Below the pieces are notes generated by a model that did not search any database, was not told the DNA's origin, and was given only the letters and a program-made list of their open reading frames with translations. From a virus (lineage: Duplodnaviria > Caudoviricetes), in IMG/VR virus record IMGVR_UViG_3300020045_015293, positions 1 to 64,000 of that record: a stretch of 64,000 bases of DNA; one strand, 5' to 3'. The position numbers and the translations under genes were made by a program. This document shows, one piece after another, positions 11,322 through 23,698 of this stretch. Numbering within the stretch: the first letter of the stretch is position 1; the number at the start of each line of letters is the position of its first letter.

Positions 11322-12263
11322 TTGCCTATAAATTATTTAAAGAAAGAAAAGATGGGAGTATTGGTAGTTTATTTATTAATAAAAAAGAAATTTTACCATT
11401 AAATAAATGGATAATAGCAAAAAAATTTCCAACAAAAGGATATAAATTTAGACCCTTTTTCCATTGCACTAATTTACCTATAGCTCCTCATTTAAGCAAA
11501 AAAGGGAGAAGATGGTATAAAGTTGAAATGAAACAATTTTCAATTATGAATAGACCTATTTCTCAAGGTGGAATATGGTATTTAGCTAAAAAAATAAAAG
11601 TATTAAAATAAATGGGAACATTTTCATACGCACAGACAGAATTAGATATATTGGTAAAATCATCACCAGATCCTGATAATAGACCAATAATAGAAGAATT
11701 TATTCCTGAAATATTGGCTTTAATTAAAAAGTTTGGAGAATCTGGTCAAAGTGGAGGTTCTGCTCCATACACAGCGAATGCTTTGTCATCTATAATAAAA
11801 AAATTATGTTTATATGAACCTATATGTCCTATTACAGGAATTGATGAAGAATGGACTGATGTTTCATCTATAAATGATGGGAAAAGTTGGTATCAAAATA
11901 AGAGATGTTCTTCTTTATTTAAAGATGGAAAAGAAGGAAGAGCATATTATTGTGATGCAATAGTAAAAAGAACTCAAGATGGAAGTTGTTGGAGTGGTTG
12001 GTTTTGGTTATCTGAAGAAGATTATTTAAAAAATAATGAGAAAGCACATATTAGTAATAATGCATACATTAAATCATTTCCTTTTATTCCAAAAACATTT
12101 TATATTGATGTTATTGAAAAAGAAGTTGCAAAAGATGATTGGGAAATGTGGTGTAAAGATCCTAAACAATTAGAAGAAGTTTGGGAATATTATGATAAAA
12201 AAATAAATAAATTTTAATTTTTTAGTCTTAATATATATTTATATATATCAAAATTAGAAAATT

Positions 12264-12464
12264 ATGGACAAACCAACACAAGTAACATCTGTTCAGGTAC
12301 CTAGTAAATTATTTGAAGAATTTAGAATATTATCAATTCGTACAAAAATTAATTTTAATAAATTAGTTGAAAGATCATTATATTTGTATGTAACTAATAA
12401 TGATTTTAAAAAACAAATAAATAATCAATTAGATACATTTTTTACAGGAAGTAATAATAATTAA
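12264..12464 (+). CDS. Small ribbon-helix-helix-like DNA-binding protein
   Basis: TSVQVPSKLFEEF beta-alpha-alpha pattern; preceded by ATATTTATA. Confidence 0.5.
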   Translation: MDKPTQVTSVQVPSKLFEEFRILSIRTKINFNKLVERSLYLYVTNNDFKKQINNQLDTFFTGSNNN

Positions 12465-12482
12465 AAAAACATAAAAACTGTT

Positions 12483-13943
12483 ATGATTCACGGATTAGAT
12501 GATAAGTATATTCCTTTTAAAGAACGTAAAAAAATACTATTAATAGGAGATGATATAAGAATGACTAGTGGTGTCAGTAGTGTTTTAAGAGATATTGTTA
12601 TTGGTACTGCAATGAAATATAATTGGGTACAAATTGCAGGTGCTATAAATCATCCTGAACAAGGTAAACGTTTGGATTTATCTGAAGATACAAATAAACA
12701 TGCTCAAATAATTGATTCTTCTGTTATAATATACCCTTTTAATGGATATGGGGATTCAAATTTAATTATGCAATTAATAAATATTGAAAAACCAGATGCA
12801 TTAATGTTTATGACAGATCCCAGATATTTTTATTGGTTATTTCAAATTGAGGATGAAATTAGAAAAAAAATTCCAATGATTTATCTAAATATTTGGGATG
12901 ATATTCCTTATCCAATGTATAATAAGTCTTTTTATGAATCTTGTGACGCTTTATTTGCTATTTCAAAACAAACAGAAAATATTAATAAAGTAGTTTTGGG
13001 AGATAAAATTAATAATAAAGTTATAAAATATATACCTCATGGTGTAAATGAAGAAATGTTTTTTCCATTAACTAAAGAGCATGAACAATATATTAATTTT
13101 ATTAAATTTAAAAATAATTTATTAAAAAATAAAGAATATGATTTTATTGTTTTATGGAATAGTAGAAACATTAGAAGAAAATCAACCTCTGATTTATTAT
13201 TAGCATGGAAGATGTTTATTGATACATTAAATGAAGAAGAAGCTCATAAATGTGCTTTAATATTACATACTCAACCTGTTGATGAAAATGGAACAGATTT
13301 ACCAGCAGTAAAAGATATGTTATTTGGTAATGATAAAAAATATAATATTATTTTTTCCTCTAATAGATTACCAACTTCAGAAATGAATTTTTTATACAAT
13401 TTATGTGATGTTAATATTTTAATTTCTTCAAATGAAGGATGGGGGTTAAGTTTAACAGAAGCTATGATGGTTGGAAAACCTATAATAGCAAATGTAACAG
13501 GAGGAATGCAAGATCAAATGAGGTTTGAAGATGAAAATGGTGAATGGATTAAATTTACTGAAGAATTTGGTTCAAATCATAAAGGCAAATATAAAAAATG
13601 TGGAAATTGGGCATTTCCAATATTTCCAAGTAATATTTCATTAATTGGTTCTGTTCCTACTCCTTATATATATGATGATAGGGTTGCACCTGAAGATGTT
13701 GCTAAGAATATTAAATTTGTTTATAATTTAGAAAAATCTGAAAAAGATGATATTGGTAAAATGGCAAGACAATGGGTTACATCAGATGAATCAATGATGT
13801 CAGCACGTTGGATGTGCAAAAATATAATTAATGGAATTGATGAAACTTTAGAAAAATTTGTACCAAGAGTAAATTATGAATTACTTAAAGTAGAAACTCC
13901 TAAACAACCTAAACATTATGTAAAATTTCCTATAGCACAATGA
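12483..13943 (+). CDS. GT4-family glycosyltransferase
   Basis: YIPHGV, SSNEGWGLSLTEAM..GKPII. Confidence 0.9.
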   Translation: MIHGLDDKYIPFKERKKILLIGDDIRMTSGVSSVLRDIVIGTAMKYNWVQIAGAINHPEQGKRLDLSEDTNKHAQIIDSSVIIYPFNGYGDSNLIMQLINIEKPDALMFMTDPRYFYWLFQIEDEIRKKIPMIYLNIWDDIPYPMYNKSFYESCDALFAISKQTENINKVVLGDKINNKVIKYIPHGVNEEMFFPLTKEHEQYINFIKFKNNLLKNKEYDFIVLWNSRNIRRKSTSDLLLAWKMFIDTLNEEEAHKCALILHTQPVDENGTDLPAVKDMLFGNDKKYNIIFSSNRLPTSEMNFLYNLCDVNILISSNEGWGLSLTEAMMVGKPIIANVTGGMQDQMRFEDENGEWIKFTEEFGSNHKGKYKKCGNWAFPIFPSNISLIGSVPTPYIYDDRVAPEDVAKNIKFVYNLEKSEKDDIGKMARQWVTSDESMMSARWMCKNIINGIDETLEKFVPRVNYELLKVETPKQPKHYVKFPIAQ

Positions 13944-14627
13944 TATTAATATCTAAGAAAAAATATGAAAGTATACAAAAAGAAATATATAAAATATTTG
14001 GAGAACAAATATCTAAATTAAAAAAAGAACCAAAACCAATTAATAAAATTTTTTATTTTATTATGAATGAAACAACTAGCAATACTACTGAAATTACCTT
14101 TTCTCTGAAATCATGTGATATAAATAATATAAAAGGTCTAAATAATCTATTAAATAATTATGAAGAAAATAATTCTTTTTTTAATTCTAGTCCATCTATA
14201 AAAATACCTTTAATGCGTAAAAAATTATGAACTTTAATTCACAAACAAATATTCCTTCTTTCTCTTTACAAGCAAGAGATTGGCATTTTTTAGGAATGAT
14301 TATACCTACTAATCCAATTTATGATGATATTGAATATAATTTAAAACAAAAATTTCAAATATCCAACCCACCTATAGGAGCTACTTTAGTGAGTGTTGAA
14401 AATCAATATCTTGGAATTATTATGAATCTTTTTTACAATTGTCATATGAATTATGGTAAAGAAGTTGGAAAAAATACACGTAATAGATTTAGAACCGCTT
14501 TAGAAAATTTAGCTTTATCAGAAATTACAACTATTTTAAGTGAAATTGATGCATTAGATATAACAATGGAAAATTATTATCAAGAAATAGGAAGAAAATT
14601 TTTAAGAGGTAAATTAGGATAAAAATT

Positions 14628-15905
14628 ATGAATAAACCAACAATAGTAGTATATGGACCAGTTGATACACATTCTGGTTATGGTTCTCGTAGTAGAGATG
14701 TAGTTAAAGCCATTTTAAAACTTAACAAATATGATTTAAAAATTATATCATGTAGATGGGGAAATACTCCAATGGGATTTCTTAATCCCAATATTTTAGA
14801 ACATAAACAAATTCTAGATTGTATAGTACCTAATGGGCAACTAACTTCACAACCTGATTTATGGATAATGATAACAGTAGGTCATGAAATGCAAAAAGTA
14901 GGAAAAGTTAATTGGTTAATTACTGCTGGTATTGAAACTACTATAACACCTGCTGATTTTATTGAAGGATGTAATAAAGCGGATTTAGTATTAGTTTCAT
15001 CTCAACATTCCAAAAAATCAATACAAGAATCTAAATTTGAAAAAAGGGAAAATGGTAGTAATAAATTATTAGAAGTTATTGAATGTAAAACACCTATTGA
15101 TATTTTATTTGAAGGTCTAGATGAATCAATTTATCATAAATTAGATAAAGTTAATTTTGATTTAAATAATATTAAAGAAGAATTTTGTTTTTTATATACT
15201 GGACACTGGTTGCCAGGTTCATTTGGTGAAGATAGAAAAAACGTTTCTGGATTAATTAAAACCTTTTTAGAAACATTTAGGAATAAAAAAGTAAAACCTG
15301 CATTAATATTAAAAACATCATGCGGTTCATATTCAATAGTAGATAGAGAAGCGGTATTAGACAAAATTGAAACTATTAAAAAAGAAGTAACTGGTGATTT
15401 ACCAAATATTTATTTAATTCATGGGGGTTTAAGTGATAAAGAGATGAATGAATTATATAATCATCCTAAAGTAAAAGCTATGGTTAATTTTACAAAAGGA
15501 GAAGGATATGGTCGCCCATTATTAGAATTTTCCATTACTCAAAAACCAGTTATAACATCTGATTGGAGTGGTCAATTAGATTTTTTAGACAAAAACTTTT
15601 CAGTTTTATTACCTGGTAAATTAAGTAATGTGCATGAGAGTGCAGCTAATCAATTTTTATTAAAAGAAAGTCTCTGGTTTACTGTAGATTATAAAGTAGC
15701 TTCAATGTTATTACAAAGTGTATATTTAAATTATAAAAATTTTTTAGATGGAGCAAAAAGACAAGCTTATAAATCACGTACTGAATTTAATTTAGTAAAA
15801 ATGCAAGAAAAATTGGAACAATATTTATCTAAAGTATCCTTTATTGAAGTTAAACCATTTGTATTACCCACACTTAAAAAATTACCTCAACCTATAAATT
15901 TATGA
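14628..15905 (+). CDS. GT4-family glycosyltransferase
   Basis: SGYG, RKNV, TKGEGYGRPLLEF. Confidence 0.88.
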   Translation: MNKPTIVVYGPVDTHSGYGSRSRDVVKAILKLNKYDLKIISCRWGNTPMGFLNPNILEHKQILDCIVPNGQLTSQPDLWIMITVGHEMQKVGKVNWLITAGIETTITPADFIEGCNKADLVLVSSQHSKKSIQESKFEKRENGSNKLLEVIECKTPIDILFEGLDESIYHKLDKVNFDLNNIKEEFCFLYTGHWLPGSFGEDRKNVSGLIKTFLETFRNKKVKPALILKTSCGSYSIVDREAVLDKIETIKKEVTGDLPNIYLIHGGLSDKEMNELYNHPKVKAMVNFTKGEGYGRPLLEFSITQKPVITSDWSGQLDFLDKNFSVLLPGKLSNVHESAANQFLLKESLWFTVDYKVASMLLQSVYLNYKNFLDGAKRQAYKSRTEFNLVKMQEKLEQYLSKVSFIEVKPFVLPTLKKLPQPINL

Positions 15906-16564
15906 CAGATAAAGAATTTATAATGTGGTTAAAAGGATATTTGGATGGAATTATTATTCCTGATGAACCCTCTCAAATGTTGGTATCAAGAATGTTTAAA
16001 AATATTTATGATAAAATAAAAGAGATGGAACCTGAAAAACCTAAAAAACAATTATTAACAGAAGAAAGACCTACCTCAGATACTTCAAAAATTATGAAAA
16101 AATACTAAAAATGTCAGATAAATTAACAATATGTCCTCATTGTAATGGTAATGCATGTTATGAATTCTCACAACCCCAATTAACCTCATGGATTTGTATG
16201 GGATGCGGATATACTACTAATTCAGAATATACATTTAGTAACAAAAAATTTAAAATTGGTGACGTTGAAGCTTCACTACCCGAATTAATAAAGGATTTGA
16301 GATTTATTGATGAAAAGGGATACGTTTGGTATCCAACAGTAATAAATGAAAACGGTAAAGGAATGGTATTTCCTAATGGAACTAATATAAAAAATTGGAA
16401 ATGGAGTGGTGTAAAATCTGTTAAAATAGAGGAAAATGAAAAATCAAAATATCCAAATCCAAAAGGGGGGTATTATGAATATAGATCTGATATGGATTCA
16501 ATTCAATATTTTGATCCTTTGGATTTTATGGATGCATTAGAATATATTGGTTATTTTTCCTAAT

Positions 16565-16587
16565 CCAAAATCTTTTATTTAATTTTA
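16565..16587 (+). promoter_or_regulatory. Representative of an 11-copy CCAAAR-N8-9-TA(A/C)(T/C)TTT(A/T) promoter motif
   Basis: Also near 29256, 38473, 39719, 42795, 46653, 47558, 48602, 52748, 55984, 60280. Confidence 0.7.
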
Positions 16588-16593
16588 TAAAAA

Positions 16594-17235
16594 ATGCATA
16601 GTATTTCATATGCCATAACAGTATGTAATGAACGTGAAGAATTAGAACGTTTATTAACTCAACTTTTTGAATATGTACGAAAAGAGGATGAAATAATTGT
16701 ACAATTTGATACTCAAAATGGTAGTTCTGAAGTTAAAGATTATCTTGAAATAACTTCAATGTATACTGTTATTGAAGGTATAGATTTTCATAGAATATTT
16801 TTTCCTTTAAATAATAATTTTTCTGTTTTCAAAAATGAACTTAAATCTCATTGTACAAAAGATTATATATTTTTTATAGATGCTGATGAGTTATTACATG
16901 AAAATTTAATTTTAAATTTACCTATAATATTAGAAAATAATGATGTAGATGTAATTTTAATACCTAGAGAAAACTATGTGGAAGGAATAACAGAACAAGA
17001 TATTAAAAAATGGGGATGGGTAGTTGATGAAAAAAATCGTATAAATTATCCTGATTTTCAATATAGAATAGTTCGTAATAAACCTGGTTTAGTTTGGAAA
17101 AATAAAGTTCATGAACAAATAATAGGAATTAGAACATTATCTTCTCTTCCATATGATGTAGAAGGGTATTGTTTATTACATTATAAAAATATAGATAAAC
17201 AACGTAAACAAAATGAATTTTATTCAAAATTATGA
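16594..17235 (+). CDS. GT2-family glycosyltransferase
   Basis: ITVCNE, FFIDADE, VHE. Confidence 0.88.
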   Translation: MHSISYAITVCNEREELERLLTQLFEYVRKEDEIIVQFDTQNGSSEVKDYLEITSMYTVIEGIDFHRIFFPLNNNFSVFKNELKSHCTKDYIFFIDADELLHENLILNLPIILENNDVDVILIPRENYVEGITEQDIKKWGWVVDEKNRINYPDFQYRIVRNKPGLVWKNKVHEQIIGIRTLSSLPYDVEGYCLLHYKNIDKQRKQNEFYSKL

Positions 17236-17446
17236 AAGTAAAATTTATAGCTAATAATAAAACATTATTTAATGAGGATTTAAATTTAAATCTTAATGAA
17301 GAAGAAACCCAAAAATTAAATCAATTTAATGATAGAGAAATAATTTCATATTTAGTTGAATTTAATGAAGGATTAAAAGTGGAACATGCTCATGATATTA
17401 ATGATATAAGTCCTGAGTTTCTTAAACAAATTACAATAAAAATAAA

Positions 17447-18892
17447 ATGAAAATATTATTTATAAAACAAAAGGGTGAAGATTATTTGGGGGATTCTATA
17501 TATAATGGACTTAAATCCGTTTATGGTAGAGATGTGGTATGTAATACATATTTAGATTATATGTACTCTGATTATCCAAATAAGTTACAACTTTATGGTA
17601 AAGGATTTTCATTATTTGGTACATTAGATCCTGAATTAAAAGAATGGATTGATGATGAAGAGGAAATAAAAGAAAAAATTAAAAATAAAGAATTTGATTA
17701 TATATTTTATGGATCTGTATGGCGTTGTTTAGATTATTTAGATTTAGTAAAACAATATTATTCAAATAATAAAATAATTTTATTTGATGGGGAAGACTCA
17801 ACATCTCTTCATTCCTTAGCAGGACAGGGAATGCCTTATTTTAAACGTGAATTAGAGCGTAAAACCGATGAAAATTTATATCCTATATCATTTTCTATAC
17901 CATCATCAAAAATAATTAAAAATATTGTTGGTTTAGAAAAAATTAAAGATTTTGGAACAGTAATCCCAGGCCAAACACAAACATATACTTTTGATAAAGA
18001 GGAAGAATATTATAAAGATTATCAAGAGTCACATTTTGGTGTAACAATGAAAAAAGCAGGATGGGATTGTATGCGTCATTATGAAATATTAGCAAATGGA
18101 TGTTTACCTTATTTTATAGGTATTGAAGATTGTCCTTTTTATACATTATATAATTTCCCTAAGAAATTAGTTATAGAAGCAAATAAATTAACTGAAGGTT
18201 TTAATGAAGGAGTATATAATGAATTACTAGTAGATTTACATGAATATACTAAAAAATATTTAACTACTGAAGCAACTATTGAATATGTTTTTAATACATT
18301 AAATAAAATTTATCCTTTTAAACAATTAATAACTCAAACAATTAAAGATGAATACAATCGTTTATGTTCTCCACAAGAAGGTGAATCAGTTGACATAAAA
18401 GAACATTTATCTACTTTATTTAAATATGCAAACCAATGTGATCATATTACAGAAATGGGTGTTCGTTCAGTTGTATCAACTTGGGCATTTTTATATGGAA
18501 CTCCTAGTAGATTGGTTTCTTATGATATTGAGTATCATGGTAATATAGAAAAAGCATTAGTAGCAGCAAAAGAATCAGGAATACAATTTGATTATATATT
18601 AAAAGATGTATTAAAAACTGAAATAGAAGAGACAGATTTCTTATTTTTGGATACATGGCACCAAGAATCACAAGTTTGGTCTGAACTAATTAAACATCAT
18701 AGTAAGGTAAGAAAATATATTGGGTTTCATGATGTTGTTTCATATGCCTGGAATGGTGAAGGAGGTGGTAGAGGTATTATGTATGCTATAAATAAATTTT
18801 TAGAAGATTATAAAGATGAATGGGAAATTGATCAAAAATGGGAAAATAATAACGGGTTATTAATAATTGAGAGAATAAAAGCTCCTGAATAG
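17447..18892 (+). CDS. Fusion of a glycosyltransferase-like N domain and a class I SAM methyltransferase; ends in TAG
   Basis: GWDCMRHYEILANGC; TEMGVR..FLFLDTWH..FHDV. Confidence 0.7.
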   Translation: MKILFIKQKGEDYLGDSIYNGLKSVYGRDVVCNTYLDYMYSDYPNKLQLYGKGFSLFGTLDPELKEWIDDEEEIKEKIKNKEFDYIFYGSVWRCLDYLDLVKQYYSNNKIILFDGEDSTSLHSLAGQGMPYFKRELERKTDENLYPISFSIPSSKIIKNIVGLEKIKDFGTVIPGQTQTYTFDKEEEYYKDYQESHFGVTMKKAGWDCMRHYEILANGCLPYFIGIEDCPFYTLYNFPKKLVIEANKLTEGFNEGVYNELLVDLHEYTKKYLTTEATIEYVFNTLNKIYPFKQLITQTIKDEYNRLCSPQEGESVDIKEHLSTLFKYANQCDHITEMGVRSVVSTWAFLYGTPSRLVSYDIEYHGNIEKALVAAKESGIQFDYILKDVLKTEIEETDFLFLDTWHQESQVWSELIKHHSKVRKYIGFHDVVSYAWNGEGGGRGIMYAINKFLEDYKDEWEIDQKWENNNGLLIIERIKAPE

Positions 18893-18917
18893 GAGCTTGG
18901 AGAAGTAATATTTATCA

Positions 18918-19541
18918 TTGCAAGAAAATATAACTTCGATGATAAATACAAGTAAAAAACAGGTTATTATAGGAATTTACAAAATTACTTCTCCAACAGG
19001 TAGAATGTATATTGGACAAAGTATTGAAATAAGAGAAAGATGGTTATCATATTTTAGATTAGATCTACAAGTAACTAAACAACCTAAATTATATAGGTCA
19101 TTTTTAAAATATGGTGTTAAAAATCATCAATTTGAAATAATAGAAGAATGTCCTGAAGAATATTTAGATGAACTAGAAACATGGTGGAAACTTTACTATA
19201 ATAGTGTAGAGAATGGATTAAATTGTAGTTATTGGGATTGTACTCCTGTTTTAAGAGGTCAAAAACGTAGTTATGAAACTATCATTAAGATTAGTAAAAC
19301 ATTAAAGTCTCTTAATAGGAAACGTTCTGAAGAATCAATTAATTTACAACGCTATGTTATTCATCAATTGGATTTAAATAACAATTTAATAAAAGAATGG
19401 GTAGGAATGAAGAATATGTGTGATGAATTAAAATTTAGTTGGAGAATAATTCGTGATTGTGTTTATAATAGAAGAGATAATTATAAAGGTTTTAAATTTA
19501 TAAAAGTAAGTAATAACGGTAAATCCAAAACAAAAGAATGA
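18918..19541 (+). CDS. GIY-YIG homing endonuclease
   Basis: GIYKIT..MYIGQS..R; NUMOD-like C terminus. Confidence 0.9.
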   Translation: MQENITSMINTSKKQVIIGIYKITSPTGRMYIGQSIEIRERWLSYFRLDLQVTKQPKLYRSFLKYGVKNHQFEIIEECPEEYLDELETWWKLYYNSVENGLNCSYWDCTPVLRGQKRSYETIIKISKTLKSLNRKRSEESINLQRYVIHQLDLNNNLIKEWVGMKNMCDELKFSWRIIRDCVYNRRDNYKGFKFIKVSNNGKSKTKE

Positions 19542-20536
19542 AAATATTAATAACAGGAGGAGCAGGATATATTGGCTCAGTATTAGTTTCAAAAATATTT
19601 AAAGCAGCATCAAATGCTGATAATAATAAAATTCAAGAAGGAGATTGGCATTCACATTTTTTATCAAATGTAGAACAAGTAACGGTTTATGATAATTTAT
19701 TGTATAAACAAACTACATTATTAGATCAATGTTATAGAAATAATTTTAGATTTGTTTATGGTGATGTACGTAATTTGAAGTTATTAAGAGAAGAAGTAAG
19801 AAATCATGATGTTATTATTCCTTTAGCAGCATTAGTAGGAGCACCTTTATGTTCACGTGATCCTATTTCAACATATGAAATTAATAGAAATCATGTTAAT
19901 GAAATTTGTTTAGCGGCTAAAAATGGACAAAAAATAATTTATCCTAATACCAATTCAGGTTATGGTATAGGTATATCAGGTGAATTTTGTACAGAAGAAT
20001 CTCCACTTTCTCCCATTTCGGATTATGGTATATCTAAATGTCAAGCTGAAAAAAGAGTTTTAGATTATGGTGGGATAACATTAAGATTAGCAACAGTATT
20101 TGGATTATCACCAAGAATGCGTTTAGATTTATTGGTAAATGATTTTGTTTATAAAGCTGTAAATGATAAATATATTGTTTTGTTTGAAAAAGATTTTAAA
20201 CGAAATTATATTCACATTCAAGATGTTGCATTGACTTTTATTTATATGATTAACAAATATGATGAATTAAAGGGTAAAACATTTAATGTTGGTTTAAGTG
20301 ATGCAAATTTATCTAAATTAGAGTTATGTGAAAAAATTAAGAAATATATTCCTGAATTTGTAATAAAATACGATGATTATGCACAGGATCCAGATAAAAG
20401 AGATTATATAGTATCTAATGCTAAAATTGAGGCAACAGGTTGGAAACCTTATTACTCATTAGATAATGGAATTCAAGAATTAATTAAAGGGTATTCAATT
20501 GTGTCAAATAATAATAAATTATTTACAAACTTATAA
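19538..20536 (+). CDS. NAD-dependent sugar epimerase/dehydratase
   Basis: TGGAGYIG and YGISK. Confidence 0.9.
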   Translation: MKILITGGAGYIGSVLVSKIFKAASNADNNKIQEGDWHSHFLSNVEQVTVYDNLLYKQTTLLDQCYRNNFRFVYGDVRNLKLLREEVRNHDVIIPLAALVGAPLCSRDPISTYEINRNHVNEICLAAKNGQKIIYPNTNSGYGIGISGEFCTEESPLSPISDYGISKCQAEKRVLDYGGITLRLATVFGLSPRMRLDLLVNDFVYKAVNDKYIVLFEKDFKRNYIHIQDVALTFIYMINKYDELKGKTFNVGLSDANLSKLELCEKIKKYIPEFVIKYDDYAQDPDKRDYIVSNAKIEATGWKPYYSLDNGIQELIKGYSIVSNNNKLFTNL

Positions 20537-21759
20537 TGAAAATAACTAACTGTATTTGTTGTAATTCAGATAAGTTAAAACTTATATTAGATCTAGGTGA
20601 ACAACCTTGGTGTAATAATTTTTTGTTAAGAGAAGAAATAGGTAAAGAAGAATATTATCCATTACAATTAATGAAATGTGAAGAATGTCAATTTATTCAG
20701 TTATCATATTTTGTTCCAAAAGAAAAAATGTTTTCAAAACATGATTATTTATCAGGTACAACAAAAACATTAGCTAAACATTTTAAAAAAATCGCAGAAA
20801 ATGTTACAAATTTTATTGAAGTTGATAAAAATGATTTAATTGTTGATATTGGTGGTAATGATGGAACAAATTTATTACAATATAAAGAATTAGGTTATAA
20901 TAAATTATGGAATATTGAAGCTGCTTCAAATATTGCTAAAATATCTAATGATAATGGTATAGAATGTTTAAATGAATTTTTTAACGAAAAAACAGTTGAA
21001 AAATATAAATTATACATACCTAAAAAAGCAAAAATAATTAACGCCTCAGGTGTATTTTTCCATTTGGAAGAAATACATTCAGTTATCAAAGGTATTAAAA
21101 AATTACTACATGAAGATGGAGTATTATGTGTACAATTTATGTATGTTTTGGATATGATAAAAAACAATTCATTCGATATGATTTATCATGAACATTTATT
21201 TTATTATACATTGAATTCATTAGAAAAATTATTACAACCATACAATTTAGAAATAGTCCATTGTTATCATTCAGATATTCATTCAGGTTCAATGATTGCA
21301 TATATTAAACATACCTCTCCACGCAATAATAAAACAGATGATTATTGGGAAAATATGACTAATGAAAGAAGAGATTTAGAAGAGCATAGTTTAGAAGAAT
21401 TTGGAGAATATATTATACAAATAAAACATTCATTAAAAGAACATTTATTTCATTATCAAACTTTATATCCAGGTGCTAAAATATATGCTCTTGCCGCAAC
21501 TGCAAAGGGAAATACTTTAATGAATTATTTTAATATTGGTGAATTTATTACTAAAGTTCATGAAATAAACGAATTAAAAATAGGTAAATATACCCCACAT
21601 ACTCATATACCAATTGAGAAAGAATCAATGGATGATTTGCCTGATTATTATTTAGTATTAGCACATAATTTTTTTGATGAAATTGTTGAAAAAAATAAAG
21701 AAATGCGTGATAAAGGAGTTAGATTTATTTTACCATTTCCAAAAATTAAAATTGTATGA
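20536..21759 (+). CDS. NDP-hexose C-methyltransferase
   Basis: N-terminal CxxC zinc site, DIGGNDG, YHEH, ATAKGNTL, C-terminal FILPFP. Confidence 0.9.
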   Translation: MKITNCICCNSDKLKLILDLGEQPWCNNFLLREEIGKEEYYPLQLMKCEECQFIQLSYFVPKEKMFSKHDYLSGTTKTLAKHFKKIAENVTNFIEVDKNDLIVDIGGNDGTNLLQYKELGYNKLWNIEAASNIAKISNDNGIECLNEFFNEKTVEKYKLYIPKKAKIINASGVFFHLEEIHSVIKGIKKLLHEDGVLCVQFMYVLDMIKNNSFDMIYHEHLFYYTLNSLEKLLQPYNLEIVHCYHSDIHSGSMIAYIKHTSPRNNKTDDYWENMTNERRDLEEHSLEEFGEYIIQIKHSLKEHLFHYQTLYPGAKIYALAATAKGNTLMNYFNIGEFITKVHEINELKIGKYTPHTHIPIEKESMDDLPDYYLVLAHNFFDEIVEKNKEMRDKGVRFILPFPKIKIV

Positions 21760-22147
21760 AAGTTAAAGCAAATTTTGATAATGGGACTTCATTAGTATTA
21801 ACTGTAGAAGAAGATGGTGATGGAGTATATTATTTTATAGAAAGAAATTTATGTAAATGGTGGTGGAAAGAAGCTTGTGAAATAATTGAAGTATGAAATT
21901 AATATCTGGAAATATTACTCCTGCTATTATTTGGAAAAAATTTGAGGAAGTTAACGCAAACGATAAATGGAAATTGGTACCTTTTATTAATTATTATATT
22001 AGTGAACATAGTCAATTTCCAAATGCAATTTGTTATAATTATGATCAATTAAAAAATTCTTTTTATAATATATCAAAGAAAGGTTTATTAAATGCCTATA
22101 TTAGATTTTTTGAATTAAAAAATAGAGGATATTGGGGATAAAATAAT

Positions 22148-22861
22148 ATGAATAAATTAGAATTAATAAATATAAATGGCAACTCAATAGAAATTGATTT
22201 ATCTGATGAATTAGTTAGAAATCATTTTGCAAAAGATTCTAATTATGGGGTTCATATATTACGTCAAATAAATAATGGTGGGTGTGATATAATGAAACAA
22301 TTTATTCCTGATGGTTCAGTTTGTTTGGATATAGGTGCAAATGTAGGATTAGTTTCATTATACATGGCTGAAAGATGTACTGGAATTCATGCGTGGGAAC
22401 CAAATAAATCAAATTTTGAAATATTACAAAAATTAACATTAAAATATGATAATATTATACCTACAAAAAGAGCACTTAGTGCAAAAGATGAATTAATAAA
22501 ATTTTATGAATGTGATTTTAATTCAACTATGAATTCATTAATTGATTTTTCTGCAAAAAATAATTATGAAGAAGTTGCAGGTAGAAGATTAGATACCTTT
22601 GTTGATAAACTAGCGACTAATGTAGATTTTGCAAAAATTGATATTGAAGGTTCAGAAGTTATTGCATTAACTGAAGAAATATTAAATAATTGTAAAGATG
22701 TAATTAAAGCCTACTATTTAGAAATACATGATACTCGTGAATTAAATGGTCAAGATCAATATGGAAATTTGACTAATTTTATTAGAATTTTTTCAAATTT
22801 AGGATATAATATTGAAAGAGTAAATCATATGGTGGATAACGTAACTATAATTTGTTATTAA
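22148..22861 (+). CDS. FkbM-family methyltransferase
   Basis: DIGANVG, WEPN, KIDIEGSE. Confidence 0.9.
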   Translation: MNKLELININGNSIEIDLSDELVRNHFAKDSNYGVHILRQINNGGCDIMKQFIPDGSVCLDIGANVGLVSLYMAERCTGIHAWEPNKSNFEILQKLTLKYDNIIPTKRALSAKDELIKFYECDFNSTMNSLIDFSAKNNYEEVAGRRLDTFVDKLATNVDFAKIDIEGSEVIALTEEILNNCKDVIKAYYLEIHDTRELNGQDQYGNLTNFIRIFSNLGYNIERVNHMVDNVTIICY

Positions 22862-23698
22862 ATGAAAATAATTATAATAGGTTCTAATGGTTTTATTGGA
22901 AAAAACATTTATGAATTTTATAAAGGAAAACATGATTTATTATTATTAATAAAAGGAAATCCAATATATGAAAGCATATTTAGATTTCAACCTGATATTA
23001 TAATTAATTGTGCTGCAGAAATATATAATAATTCAAAAATGTTTAACTCAAATATAAAACTTTTATATAAATTATTAGAATATTGTAGAAATCATCCAAA
23101 TTGTAAATTAATTCATTTTGGTTCATCTTCTGAATATGGAAGGAAAAAGTTACCTATGAAAGAAACTGATTTTTTAGAACCTACAAATTTATATGAAGCC
23201 ACAAAAGGAATGGGAACATTATTATGTGGGGCATATAGTAAAATGTACAATTTTTATTGCACAGTTATTCGTCCATTTACAGTTGTGGGTAGATATGAAA
23301 AATCACATAAACTTTTTCCAACATTATATAAAGCATACAAAACAGATTCTCCAATAAATTTATCTGAAGGAGTTCATGATTTTATATTTATAGATGACTT
23401 TCTCAAAATTTTTGATAAAATAATTTTTTACACAGAAACTCAACATTTCAATATCATTAATATAGGAAGTGGGATACAAACTACTAATGAAAAAATAGTA
23501 AAAACGTTTGAAGATTTATTAAAATATAAATATACTATAAATTTAGTACCAAAATTAAGAGAATTTGATTCAGAATATTGGGTATGTGATATTACATTAT
23601 TAGAAACAAAATATAAAATAAAACCTAAAATTTCAATTAGAGCTGGGATAAATCATTTTATAACAGATTGCGAAAGATTAAATTTATATGGATCTTAA
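22862..23698 (+). CDS. NAD-dependent sugar epimerase/reductase
   Basis: GSNGFIG, GSSSEYG, YEATK. Confidence 0.88.
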   Translation: MKIIIIGSNGFIGKNIYEFYKGKHDLLLLIKGNPIYESIFRFQPDIIINCAAEIYNNSKMFNSNIKLLYKLLEYCRNHPNCKLIHFGSSSEYGRKKLPMKETDFLEPTNLYEATKGMGTLLCGAYSKMYNFYCTVIRPFTVVGRYEKSHKLFPTLYKAYKTDSPINLSEGVHDFIFIDDFLKIFDKIIFYTETQHFNIINIGSGIQTTNEKIVKTFEDLLKYKYTINLVPKLREFDSEYWVCDITLLETKYKIKPKISIRAGINHFITDCERLNLYGS